From the NCBI GenBank assembly GCA_035559815.1, contig DATMAT010000028.1, forward strand, positions 132-64,131: a stretch of DNA of 64,000 bases, given 5' to 3'. Shown here piece by piece: positions 50,474 to 58,165 of this stretch. Within the stretch, counting starts at the first letter, position 1. Each line of letters opens with the position of its first letter. A program made the position numbers and the translations under genes. This DNA is from Thermodesulfobacteriota bacterium. GTDB lineage: Bacteria; Desulfobacterota_D; UBA1144; Nemesobacterales; CSP1-2. A model generated the notes under the pieces. That model was not told the DNA's origin, did not search any database, and was given only the letters and a program-made list of their open reading frames with translations.

Positions 50474-50935
50474 CTAAAAATCCAATTCCAGATTTGCCTT
50501 CTCAATCTGCTCATAAGGAATGGAGTAGGTACGTCCATCTGCTTCTACCGTTGCCACGTTGTCCACATAGTCAAGCAGCACACCGATGAAAAGCCTGGCA
50601 TTTTCGATGTCGCTTTTTGTCTTAATTCGTACCTTTTTCCCCTTGAATCGCTCAAAATCTCTGGGCTTTTTGAGCGGCCTGTCCAACCCGGGAGAAGACA
50701 CCTCCAGATTGTACGGGCCGGGCACTACATCGTAGACATCCAAGAGCGTACCCAACTCTCTACTTATTTTAGTACAGTCTCCGATGGTCACACCGCCTTC
50801 CCTGTCTATGTATATTCTCAGTATTTTTCCCCGGGGCTCTCTCCGGTATTCGATGTCAACCAGTTCGAGTCCCTGCTCCAGGATAAGCGGGTTCATTATT
50901 TCTCGAACGACTTCAATTAACTTTTCCTCTGACAC
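50474..50935 (-). CDS. rimP: ribosome maturation factor RimP
   Basis: The sequence reads ...SEEKLIEVVREIMNPLILEQGLELVDIEY...LEVSSPGLDRPL. The start is uncertain. I prefer the GTG at 50935, which aligns with the E. coli RimP N-terminus as I remember it. The track's TTG at 50962 lies inside a perfect hairpin. Confidence 0.85.
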   Translation of the reverse strand: MSEEKLIEVVREIMNPLILEQGLELVDIEYRREPRGKILRIYIDREGGVTIGDCTKISRELGTLLDVYDVVPGPYNLEVSSPGLDRPLKKPRDFERFKGKKVRIKTKSDIENARLFIGVLLDYVDNVATVEADGRTYSIPYEQIEKANLELDF

Positions 50936-50956
50936 GTCAATACCTATATCATCTAT

Positions 50957-50992
50957 CAACAAAAAAGCGGGTTTTGACCCGCTTTTTTGTTG
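50957..50992. terminator. perfect 16-bp stem / 4-nt loop intrinsic-terminator-like hairpin abutting rimP
   Basis: The sequence is CAACAAAAAAGCGGGT-tttg-ACCCGCTTTTTTGTTG. It has a GC core with A6/T6 tracts, so it carries a U-tract on both strands. Confidence 0.65.
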
Positions 50993-50995
50993 TAT

Positions 50996-51024
50996 ATTCT
51001 ACCTCAATGAAATTCTCAGAGCAA
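50996..51024 (-). promoter_or_regulatory. candidate sigma-70 promoter of the rimP-nusA-infB operon
   Basis: The minus strand reads TTGCTC (51024-51019), a 17-nt spacer, then TAGAAT (51001-50996). The predicted start site falls at the top of the 50957-50992 hairpin. Confidence 0.35.
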
Positions 51025-51030
51025 GTGTAA

Positions 51031-51165
51031 GTAAGCCTAAAGGATGTAGCACGGCTTATGTATACATCCGGCACAACCGGAAGGTCTAAAGGAGTAATAA
51101 AATCTCATGCTGCCGACTATTACAGTGCGAGGGGTTATAATGAATGTTGGTTGTCCATATAAACC
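51031..51165 (+). pseudogene. relic fragment of an AMP-dependent synthetase/ligase gene (P-loop region only)
   Basis: A 44-codon open stretch between stops translates to VSLKDVARLMYTSGTTGRSKGVIKSHAADYYSARGYNECWLSI. YTSGTTGRSKGV (51061-51096) is a textbook adenylate-forming-enzyme signature. There is no start codon, and no N- or C-terminal remainder. Confidence 0.65.
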
Positions 51166-51315
51166 AATCTCATAGAACCAGGAGCGGCAAAGCGGCCCGG
51201 CAATACAAAAACTTAACTTTGTACAACTAAAAACCCCTGTTAAAATTAATAGTGCTAGTTCGGTCAAAAATCTATTTTTAATAATTCCAGTTGTATTTTG
51301 GAAACATAATCAGAT

Positions 51316-51921
51316 ATGAAACTAAGGCAACCCTTAAAAACATACTATGACATACTCAAGGGCGTTTGTTCCAGAAAAAGAGGAATCAACTCCGAGACGC
51401 TCGAACAAGTGGTAATCCTGGCCATTGAGATTGCGCGTGAAGGAAGAGAGGGAAGAAAAATAGGTACGATGTTCATAGTTTCAGACTCGGACCAGGTTTT
51501 AAGACGTTCCAAATGTATGATACTCGATCCACTTTTGGGGCATAAAGCCAGTAAAAAAAATATCCGCGACCATAACATGAGAGAAACGGTCAAAGAATTG
51601 GCCCAATTAGACGGAGCCTTTATCGTATCGGACGACGGAATTGTGATTTCTGCTTGCCGGTATATTAACTCTTCCTCAGAAGGAATCGACCTGCCACTTG
51701 GTTTGGGCAGCCGTCACATGGCAGCGGCTTCGATTACTAGAGAGACAAATGCCGTAGCAGTGGTGGTCTCCGAAAGCTCCATGGTTAGGGTGTTCGATAA
51801 CGGAGAAATCATCGGTGAAATCATTCCCGAGCTCTGGATGCTCAAGTATTATTCCCTTCACATTACCGAGCCATATTCGCAAAAGTCTAACCAAGAAATA
51901 ACCGTCGTTAGTAAAGACTGA
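51316..51921 (+). CDS. stand-alone diadenylate cyclase (DAC / DisA_N) domain protein
   Basis: 201 aa. The DAC motif series is KIGTMFIVSD, LDGAFIVSDDG (DGA at 51610-51618), LGLGSRHMAAASIT (51712-51720 at the RHR position) and AVVVSESSMVRVFDNGEI. It has no TM segment. Confidence 0.8.
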   Translation: MKLRQPLKTYYDILKGVCSRKRGINSETLEQVVILAIEIAREGREGRKIGTMFIVSDSDQVLRRSKCMILDPLLGHKASKKNIRDHNMRETVKELAQLDGAFIVSDDGIVISACRYINSSSEGIDLPLGLGSRHMAAASITRETNAVAVVVSESSMVRVFDNGEIIGEIIPELWMLKYYSLHITEPYSQKSNQEITVVSKD

Positions 51922-51989
51922 TGGAAAAGGCTTATGCGTTAATTTCGATTTCTTTATATCTAGCTTCATCGTATGGACTTAATCAATCT

Positions 51990-54845
51990 TCACAACGAGA
52001 GTACCCTCTGCCCGCAATCATAGACGGTGATCGGGCCATCCTGCGAGACAGTTATAGCCAAGCATTCCGCCTCGGCACTCATCTTAGCCGCACTGCTGTG
52101 GCGCGAGCCTTTACCAATGCCTATTTCTGCCTGGGTATCGGCCCTAGGTCTCAGCAAAACCATACAGCCCCTGAATCTGCCTTGGTGTATGTCTATTATG
52201 GTCGCCCCATCCTGCTTGGCAAAATTTATCAGCTCGCGGTCAGATAACCTCTCCATATCGGCATTAACGATCGTAGCATAAGTGCTGATCTCCGGCGGGT
52301 CGGAACGCTCCAGTATGACATTAGCATCACCCAGAAGAAAAATAGCTCCTAGATTCTCCTCGGACATCCTGAAGGCGCATCGAAACACCCGGCGCATCAA
52401 CGTCAGGTCGTATCGTTTCTGCTCGGCTAATCGAACAACTGCCTCGTCAATCAGTGTTATGCTCTCAGAAGACCAGTTGCCGTTCGAATAGCGGCCTACG
52501 AGCTGTCCGTCCGCAAATACCCGAACCTGGCGTCCCCCAACGGGTACGAAAAAGACCACGGCATCACATTGTTTGGATATTGCCGCATGATGACGAAATT
52601 GGGGACCCAATAGGAAGGTATCCGGTTCATCGAGTTTTATTTCTAGTTTGTGTATACGCCTAAGGTATCCGTGCTTATCCACTCCATAACCAAGCACAAG
52701 CCCGTCAACCATCTTTGATAGGGAGATAACAACCTGGCGCATGCGTCTAATGTGGTCGTAGCGCTGCAGTTGAATCTCGCTCTCGGGGAGGATGCGAGCA
52801 ATATGCACAGGGTCGCCTACAACCAGGGCGGTGGAGAGGGGCTTTTCCTCGCTCTGCATCTGAGCGATGGCGGCGGCGGTCTCACAAATATGTACCATTG
52901 ATGGAGCATCAATCTGTTTAGACATGGCCAGGTCGAAGAGAAATTCGATACCGGCATCTTTCATCCAGGCATCGAGTATGTCCTGCTTCTCCAATAGCTC
53001 ACGCAGTTGTTCCGGGTGGAGCTGAACCTGGGTGACTGCCTTCTCTTCCATCCGAATAGTCATCGGATACATGGCATTTATATATGCGGCATATTGCTCG
53101 GCTTTCAAGTTCCGGTTGACTTGGTTGGAATCTCCCAGCTCACCAATACCTTCTATAAGCGGCTGGTCAACCAGGGTATAGGCTTCTATTTTCTCCCAGA
53201 TATTTAACTGGGCATTAACCTCGGCCACCGCTTTATCCAATAACATCTTAATCTTAGGATGAGAGGCGTTTGCCGTAAGCATCTCATCTTCCCCATTTTC
53301 GCGTAAGTGCGCCGCCACTGCTTTAAGATTGGGCACGATCAAAGCTGAGATATAGGGCCTACCCTCGCCAAAGACAAGGGCCTGTGAAATAAATGGATTA
53401 GCCATAAGAGCGTTCTCGATTTTGGTAGGAATTACCTTACTACCCGCGGATAGAACGATCAGCGACTGCTTATGACCGATGATGTAAAGATAGCCATCCT
53501 GGTCGAAACGTCCAAGGTCTCCGGTGTGCAGCCAACCGTCCGGGTCGATTACCTGTTTTATTCCATCGGGGTCATTCCAGTATTTACGCGACACAGTTTC
53601 ACCGCGAACTAGAACTTCTCCGTCATCGGCAATACGGACCTGAAATCCTGGACCGACCTGGCCGCAGGAACCCGGACGTCTAGCGTTAGGACGGCTGACT
53701 GCCGGAAAACCGCCGGCCTCGAAGGTCCCGTAAATATTAAGTGGCAAGAGCCCTAAGGCCTCCGCAAAATCAAAGAGTTCATGAGAAAGAGGGGCACCCG
53801 CAGAATAGATGCGGCGAAGTCGTCCACCCATCATGGCCCTAATAGGATTAAAAAACGTCATGTCCGCCCTAGTGTAGCGCTCTCTCAACTCTTCCGAGGC
53901 GGCAAGACCCTTAGCCCGGTATTCTTTGCCGGTAGCCAAAGCCCATTGAAAAACCTTTCTTCTAGATTCCGGTAGCTGGTTTACTTGAGCCATCACTCCA
54001 CTATGTATAAATTCAAACCCGGAGGGTATGGTCATGATAACCGTTGGGCTTGTCTCCTGCATGTTCTCGAATACCCTCTCCATACTCTCGGCTAGAACGT
54101 TAGGCACCCCAGATAAAAAATAATGAAGGGTGGCAACCAGACTGGGAACAAAGCCCCAGCTTACCAGTGTAAAGGCTAAATCGTTCTCATCCAAAACAAA
54201 CCATTCGGCGATATACCTCGCCCCGAGTATGGTCTGCTCATGGTCAAAAACTACCCCCTTGATTTTGCCCGTTTCTTTGACTACATAGATAATGGAAGCA
54301 AGTGCGCTCGGCTCGATGCTCTCGGCGGTAGTCCTTATTGTCAGCTCTTGCTCATAATCCACCGCCTCGGAGAGAGCCTCCTCTATCGTAAATACGGAAA
54401 CAACATTCGTCGCCGGTTTCTCCTGCCCCTTTAAAAAAAGCAGGGTGCTTAAACGAGGAAATTCCTCGGTCGATTCCTTGATTATACGGCTTTGCTCCCT
54501 GCCCTGAAAAAATGCTAGCGAAGTGCCCGAGTGTTGCAATGCAAAGCGAAGTATTTCTGCCGGTAAGAGAGGATTAAGTGGTACCACAACCATGCCGGAC
54601 AATAAAGAAGCTACATAGCCTAACATCCACTCAGGGGAGTTTTCCAAAATGATAGCCACCCGGTCGCCTTTGTCTAAACCCTGTCTTCTAAAAAATTGAG
54701 CCAGACGAAAAGTAAGCTTTTGAAACTCGCCATAAGTTATGTCCCGATAACGACCATCTCTTTTGACCTTAAAGCAGGTTCTACCTGCGTATTTATCCAT
54801 TGCTAATAGCAAGGCTTGGCTAATGTTCTTCACCTTCTCTTTCAT
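51990..54845 (-). CDS. fusion protein: acyl-CoA-synthetase-like (AMP-binding) domain with a degenerate P-loop, plus a degenerate DAC-like domain, plus a DAC domain
   Basis: 951 aa. aa 1-595 are long-chain acyl-CoA-ligase-like (YGTFE, WLHTGDLG, GHKQSLIVLSAGSKVIPTKIE). aa about 640-790 read VDGLVLG...LGPQFRHHAAISKQCDAVVFFVPVGGRQVRVFADG. aa about 810-951 read LGAIFLLGD, QDGATIID, GKGSRHSSAA, AITVSQDGPITVY. Confidence 0.85.
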   Translation of the reverse strand: MKEKVKNISQALLLAMDKYAGRTCFKVKRDGRYRDITYGEFQKLTFRLAQFFRRQGLDKGDRVAIILENSPEWMLGYVASLLSGMVVVPLNPLLPAEILRFALQHSGTSLAFFQGREQSRIIKESTEEFPRLSTLLFLKGQEKPATNVVSVFTIEEALSEAVDYEQELTIRTTAESIEPSALASIIYVVKETGKIKGVVFDHEQTILGARYIAEWFVLDENDLAFTLVSWGFVPSLVATLHYFLSGVPNVLAESMERVFENMQETSPTVIMTIPSGFEFIHSGVMAQVNQLPESRRKVFQWALATGKEYRAKGLAASEELRERYTRADMTFFNPIRAMMGGRLRRIYSAGAPLSHELFDFAEALGLLPLNIYGTFEAGGFPAVSRPNARRPGSCGQVGPGFQVRIADDGEVLVRGETVSRKYWNDPDGIKQVIDPDGWLHTGDLGRFDQDGYLYIIGHKQSLIVLSAGSKVIPTKIENALMANPFISQALVFGEGRPYISALIVPNLKAVAAHLRENGEDEMLTANASHPKIKMLLDKAVAEVNAQLNIWEKIEAYTLVDQPLIEGIGELGDSNQVNRNLKAEQYAAYINAMYPMTIRMEEKAVTQVQLHPEQLRELLEKQDILDAWMKDAGIEFLFDLAMSKQIDAPSMVHICETAAAIAQMQSEEKPLSTALVVGDPVHIARILPESEIQLQRYDHIRRMRQVVISLSKMVDGLVLGYGVDKHGYLRRIHKLEIKLDEPDTFLLGPQFRHHAAISKQCDAVVFFVPVGGRQVRVFADGQLVGRYSNGNWSSESITLIDEAVVRLAEQKRYDLTLMRRVFRCAFRMSEENLGAIFLLGDANVILERSDPPEISTYATIVNADMERLSDRELINFAKQDGATIIDIHQGRFRGCMVLLRPRADTQAEIGIGKGSRHSSAAKMSAEAECLAITVSQDGPITVYDCGQRVLSL

Positions 54846-54877
54846 CTACAAGACCCTCTTGTTTTTAGGAGGCATTT

Positions 54878-57800
54878 TTAGTGAGTACTAAGCATCTCAC
54901 CTAAATCCATATCGTCTACCGAGATAATCGCTTTCTCGATTACACTTTCCAGTTCGCGAACATTGCCGGGCCAGTCGTAGGCCAGAAGGGTATCCATGAT
55001 ACCCTGTGGAAGCATCCCCACATTCTTTCCAATCCTAGCTCCATGCTTGTTGATAAAATGCTTTACTAAGAGGGGAATATCTTCCTTACGATCGCGAAGA
55101 GGAGGGATTTTGATCTGAAATGCCTTTAGCTCGTTGTATAACTCCTCACTGAAGAGCCCAGACTTCAAGGCTTGTTCCAGGTCGTGGCTCGTGGCGGTAA
55201 TCAGTCGAATGTCGACTTTCACTGTATTTGAACCGCCCAGACGCTTGAATTCACCCTCCTGGAGCACCCTGAGCAATTTAGACTGTATTTCAAGCGGCAA
55301 GCCGTAAATCTCGTCGAGGAAAACCGTACCCTCGTTTGCCAACTCAAAACGCCCGATGGAGAGAGAAAGTGCACCGCTAAAACCCCCTTTTTCCTCACGA
55401 CCAAATAGCTCGCCCTCTATTTGATTTTTCGGGAATTCTGAACAATTAATCTTGACAAACGGGTTATGACTTCGGGGGCTCAGTTTATGGATAGAGCGGG
55501 CAATAAGCTCTTTGCCCGTACCCTTCTCGCCTTCGATCAATAAGGCTGAATCGGTAGTGGACACATGCTCCACTTTTAGCAGCACCTTCATAAGAAGTGG
55601 GCTCCGGCCTATAATCTCCTCGAAGCTGTGTTCGGCCTTTGCATCCCCATGGAAAAACAGATTATCAGCCTGAAGACGTCTTTTAAGCGACTCCACCTCG
55701 GAAAGAGCTTCTTGAAGCGCTCCTCGCTGGCGGGTGTTCCCGAGGGCTACGGTGATTTGTTCTCGCACGATTTCCAGCAGTTTTAACTCATCCTCATCAA
55801 AGGCATTTCTTTCAAAAGAATTCACATTTATCACTCCTATGGTTTTGCCTTCAAATTGAATAGGCATAGACAAGTAACTCTTTATCCCGAACTCCCTGCC
55901 CGCTGGCCCTATGACCGTGTCTTCGTCCACATCAGCGCAATACCTTGGTTGCTCATCCATGATCACCTTCCAGGCATAACCTTTTGGGTAAGGGATTCTG
56001 CCCACGCGCTCCAAATACCACTCCGAGTACCCTTTTTGCGCTTTCAAGACCGCTTCTTCTCCTTCCACGAAGTAAATAGCCACACTGTCCGCTCGGTCTA
56101 TATTCTCCATTATTGCTTGAACAGCATTATCGATAACATCCTGAAGATTTGTAGACTGATGGATGGAACGAATAACCGTGCTTATTATGGTCTCATATCT
56201 GTTTTTCTTGGAAAGTTGCGCCAGGCTCTCTTTAAGGGCTTCTTCGGATTTTTTTAGCGCCTCGGCCTGCTTTGCGTTATTTATTGCGGACTCTATTTGC
56301 TGTGCTACGATTTCAAGGAGTTTTAACTCTTCTTCGTCAAAAGTATTCTTTTCAAATGAGTTTATGTTTATAACCCCGACAGTCGTGCCAGCGAAATGGA
56401 TAGGCATGGAAAGATAGCTCTTTGTTCCGAGCTTTATACCGGCAGGTCCAAGAATTTTATCCTTTTCCGCATCGGGAGAATAGGTGGGCTTGCCTTCGAT
56501 GATTGTCTTCCATGTAGCTCCTTTTGGATATGGAATTCTGCTTACCTCTCTGGTAAACCAGTCAGGAAACCCCCTGAATGCCTTAATAACCGCCTCGTCC
56601 CCTTCCACAAGCCATATTCCCACATTTTCTGCGCCACCTATATTCTTGCTCATGACGTCTACAGCGTTTTCTAAGACGTCCTCCAAGTTAAGCGATTGAT
56701 GCACGCTTCTTGTTACCGTACTGATAATCGACTCGTATCGGCTCTTCTTAGATAACTGGGCCAGGCTTTCTTTAAGTGCATCCTCGGCAGTTTTTCGCTC
56801 CCAGGCCTCTATAGCCAAGGAGATAAAATCGGCCATCGAACCGGCAAAATGCTGTTCTTCTAAACTCCACTGCCTGGCCGGTCCGACGTTTTCATGGCAG
56901 ATGAGCCCAACCATACGGCCTTCAACCCTTATCGGAGCGTCCAAGAGAGAGGTAATACCAAATGGGGTCAAGTAAGAAGAGGAAAACTCTCTCGTCCTCG
57001 GGTCAGTATGGGCATCATGTGCGGCTATGATGCGCTCTTCCTCCAAGGCCTTGAAGTAGCGGGGATAGTCGGCGGCAGAAAGCTCATATCCTTTTGAATG
57101 TACTCTACCGCTCAATTCATATTGCTCTACGCATTTAACCCTTGACCGGGTATCATCATATAACCATATATTTACCCGTTCGACATCGAGCGTGCGTGCG
57201 GCTGCTTCCGCAATTTCTCTTAAAGCCGCATCTAGATTGCCTTGCTCTAAAATCCTGCTGCTGGCCAATTCTAGGAGAACTTCATTCTGTCTTTTGAGTC
57301 TTTTTTCGCGATCCTCAAGTTCCCTCTCTATGCATTTACGATCGGTAACATCGCGGAAGCTCCATACCCGACCCACTATTGTTTCTCCGACCCGCTGTGG
57401 CTGGGAATAGCGCTCGAATATTCTCCCGTCCTTAAATTCCAGTACGTCATAGCTTTCTTTATCCGGCTGCTCGTATAGTTCCTCTACCCTTTTGACAAAA
57501 GCATCGGGGTTTTTTAGCTGGTCTAGGACGAACTCAAGAGCCCTAGCATCATCCCTTGACTCCATAATCGAAGCGGGAATACTCCACATGTCTACGAACT
57601 TCTGATTATAGGTAACTATCTTGCCCGCTCTATCCACTACCAGGATCCCATCGGCGGTTGATTCCAGGGTGGCACGAAGAAGGGATAGAGAATTTTCCAG
57701 CTCCCCTTTAGTCTCTACGGACTCATCGTTGCGACCTTTAGCTTCTTTAGTCCGTACGGATGTAGCAGATTGACCCTTTCTGGTCTTCTTAGTTTTTGTT

Positions 57801-57970
57801 ACTTTCACCGCAAAAGGTAAAAATAGGGAATTTAATTTTATTAATACTATATCACGTCGTCTAGATTTTAAAAACTCGGTAGGAGGATAAGCCATAACCC
57901 TATCAAGCTTGTAGCAATGTGTACGCACAGTCATAAAAAGAGAGGCAACCCAATCGAAATTCTCCCTCAC
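54878..57970 (-). CDS. sigma-54-dependent activator: PAS, three GAF domains, AAA+; no C-terminal HTH
   Basis: The PAS region reads LLRATLESTADGILVVD...FRDVTDRK. Three GAF-like modules follow. The AAA+ domain has Walker A GEKGTGKE, ELFGREEKGGFSGA, Walker B VFLDEI and sensor II GNVRELE. The protein ends about 25 aa after GNVRELE. The N-terminal start is uncertain (GTG at 57970, or downstream ATGs at 57934 or 57895). Confidence 0.85.
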   Translation of the reverse strand: MRENFDWVASLFMTVRTHCYKLDRVMAYPPTEFLKSRRRDIVLIKLNSLFLPFAVKVTKTKKTRKGQSATSVRTKEAKGRNDESVETKGELENSLSLLRATLESTADGILVVDRAGKIVTYNQKFVDMWSIPASIMESRDDARALEFVLDQLKNPDAFVKRVEELYEQPDKESYDVLEFKDGRIFERYSQPQRVGETIVGRVWSFRDVTDRKCIERELEDREKRLKRQNEVLLELASSRILEQGNLDAALREIAEAAARTLDVERVNIWLYDDTRSRVKCVEQYELSGRVHSKGYELSAADYPRYFKALEEERIIAAHDAHTDPRTREFSSSYLTPFGITSLLDAPIRVEGRMVGLICHENVGPARQWSLEEQHFAGSMADFISLAIEAWERKTAEDALKESLAQLSKKSRYESIISTVTRSVHQSLNLEDVLENAVDVMSKNIGGAENVGIWLVEGDEAVIKAFRGFPDWFTREVSRIPYPKGATWKTIIEGKPTYSPDAEKDKILGPAGIKLGTKSYLSMPIHFAGTTVGVININSFEKNTFDEEELKLLEIVAQQIESAINNAKQAEALKKSEEALKESLAQLSKKNRYETIISTVIRSIHQSTNLQDVIDNAVQAIMENIDRADSVAIYFVEGEEAVLKAQKGYSEWYLERVGRIPYPKGYAWKVIMDEQPRYCADVDEDTVIGPAGREFGIKSYLSMPIQFEGKTIGVINVNSFERNAFDEDELKLLEIVREQITVALGNTRQRGALQEALSEVESLKRRLQADNLFFHGDAKAEHSFEEIIGRSPLLMKVLLKVEHVSTTDSALLIEGEKGTGKELIARSIHKLSPRSHNPFVKINCSEFPKNQIEGELFGREEKGGFSGALSLSIGRFELANEGTVFLDEIYGLPLEIQSKLLRVLQEGEFKRLGGSNTVKVDIRLITATSHDLEQALKSGLFSEELYNELKAFQIKIPPLRDRKEDIPLLVKHFINKHGARIGKNVGMLPQGIMDTLLAYDWPGNVRELESVIEKAIISVDDMDLGEMLSTH

Positions 57971-58165
57971 TCTTTAGTCCCGCTTTATTAATCCGTTTCA
58001 CTTTGGAAAGGATACAATTAGAGCCTACGGGTACGGTTTTCTCGTCGGGCCGGAAATATCTACGGCCTGGCCGCAGTCAAAATTTTTCATGAGATTAAAA
58101 GTGAATCCTTTTTATTAGATTGTTATCTAAATATAGAAACGACAAAATAATAGGAGGTAAAGCAG

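Noticed and set aside
50309-50920. A 203-aa plus-strand ORF spanning the nusA/rimP junction
   Set aside because: It is antisense to two well-supported genes and has no motif or SD.
51037-51267. A 76-aa minus-strand ORF, and a CCGGAAGG string reminiscent of SRP RNA
   Set aside because: The CCGGAAGG string is part of the plus-strand codons for YTSGTTGRSKGV in the ligase relic. The rest of the SRP domain IV consensus is absent, and the minus ORF has no SD or motif.
57971-58165. Search for a sigma-54 (-24 TGGCAC / -12 TTGC) promoter near the activator, also at 54846-54877 and 50993-51315
   Set aside because: The closest string is TGGCCGCAGTCAAAAT at about 58058-58073 on the plus strand, and it lacks the -12 TTGC. 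No acceptable match was found by eye, so no sigma-54 promoter is reported.
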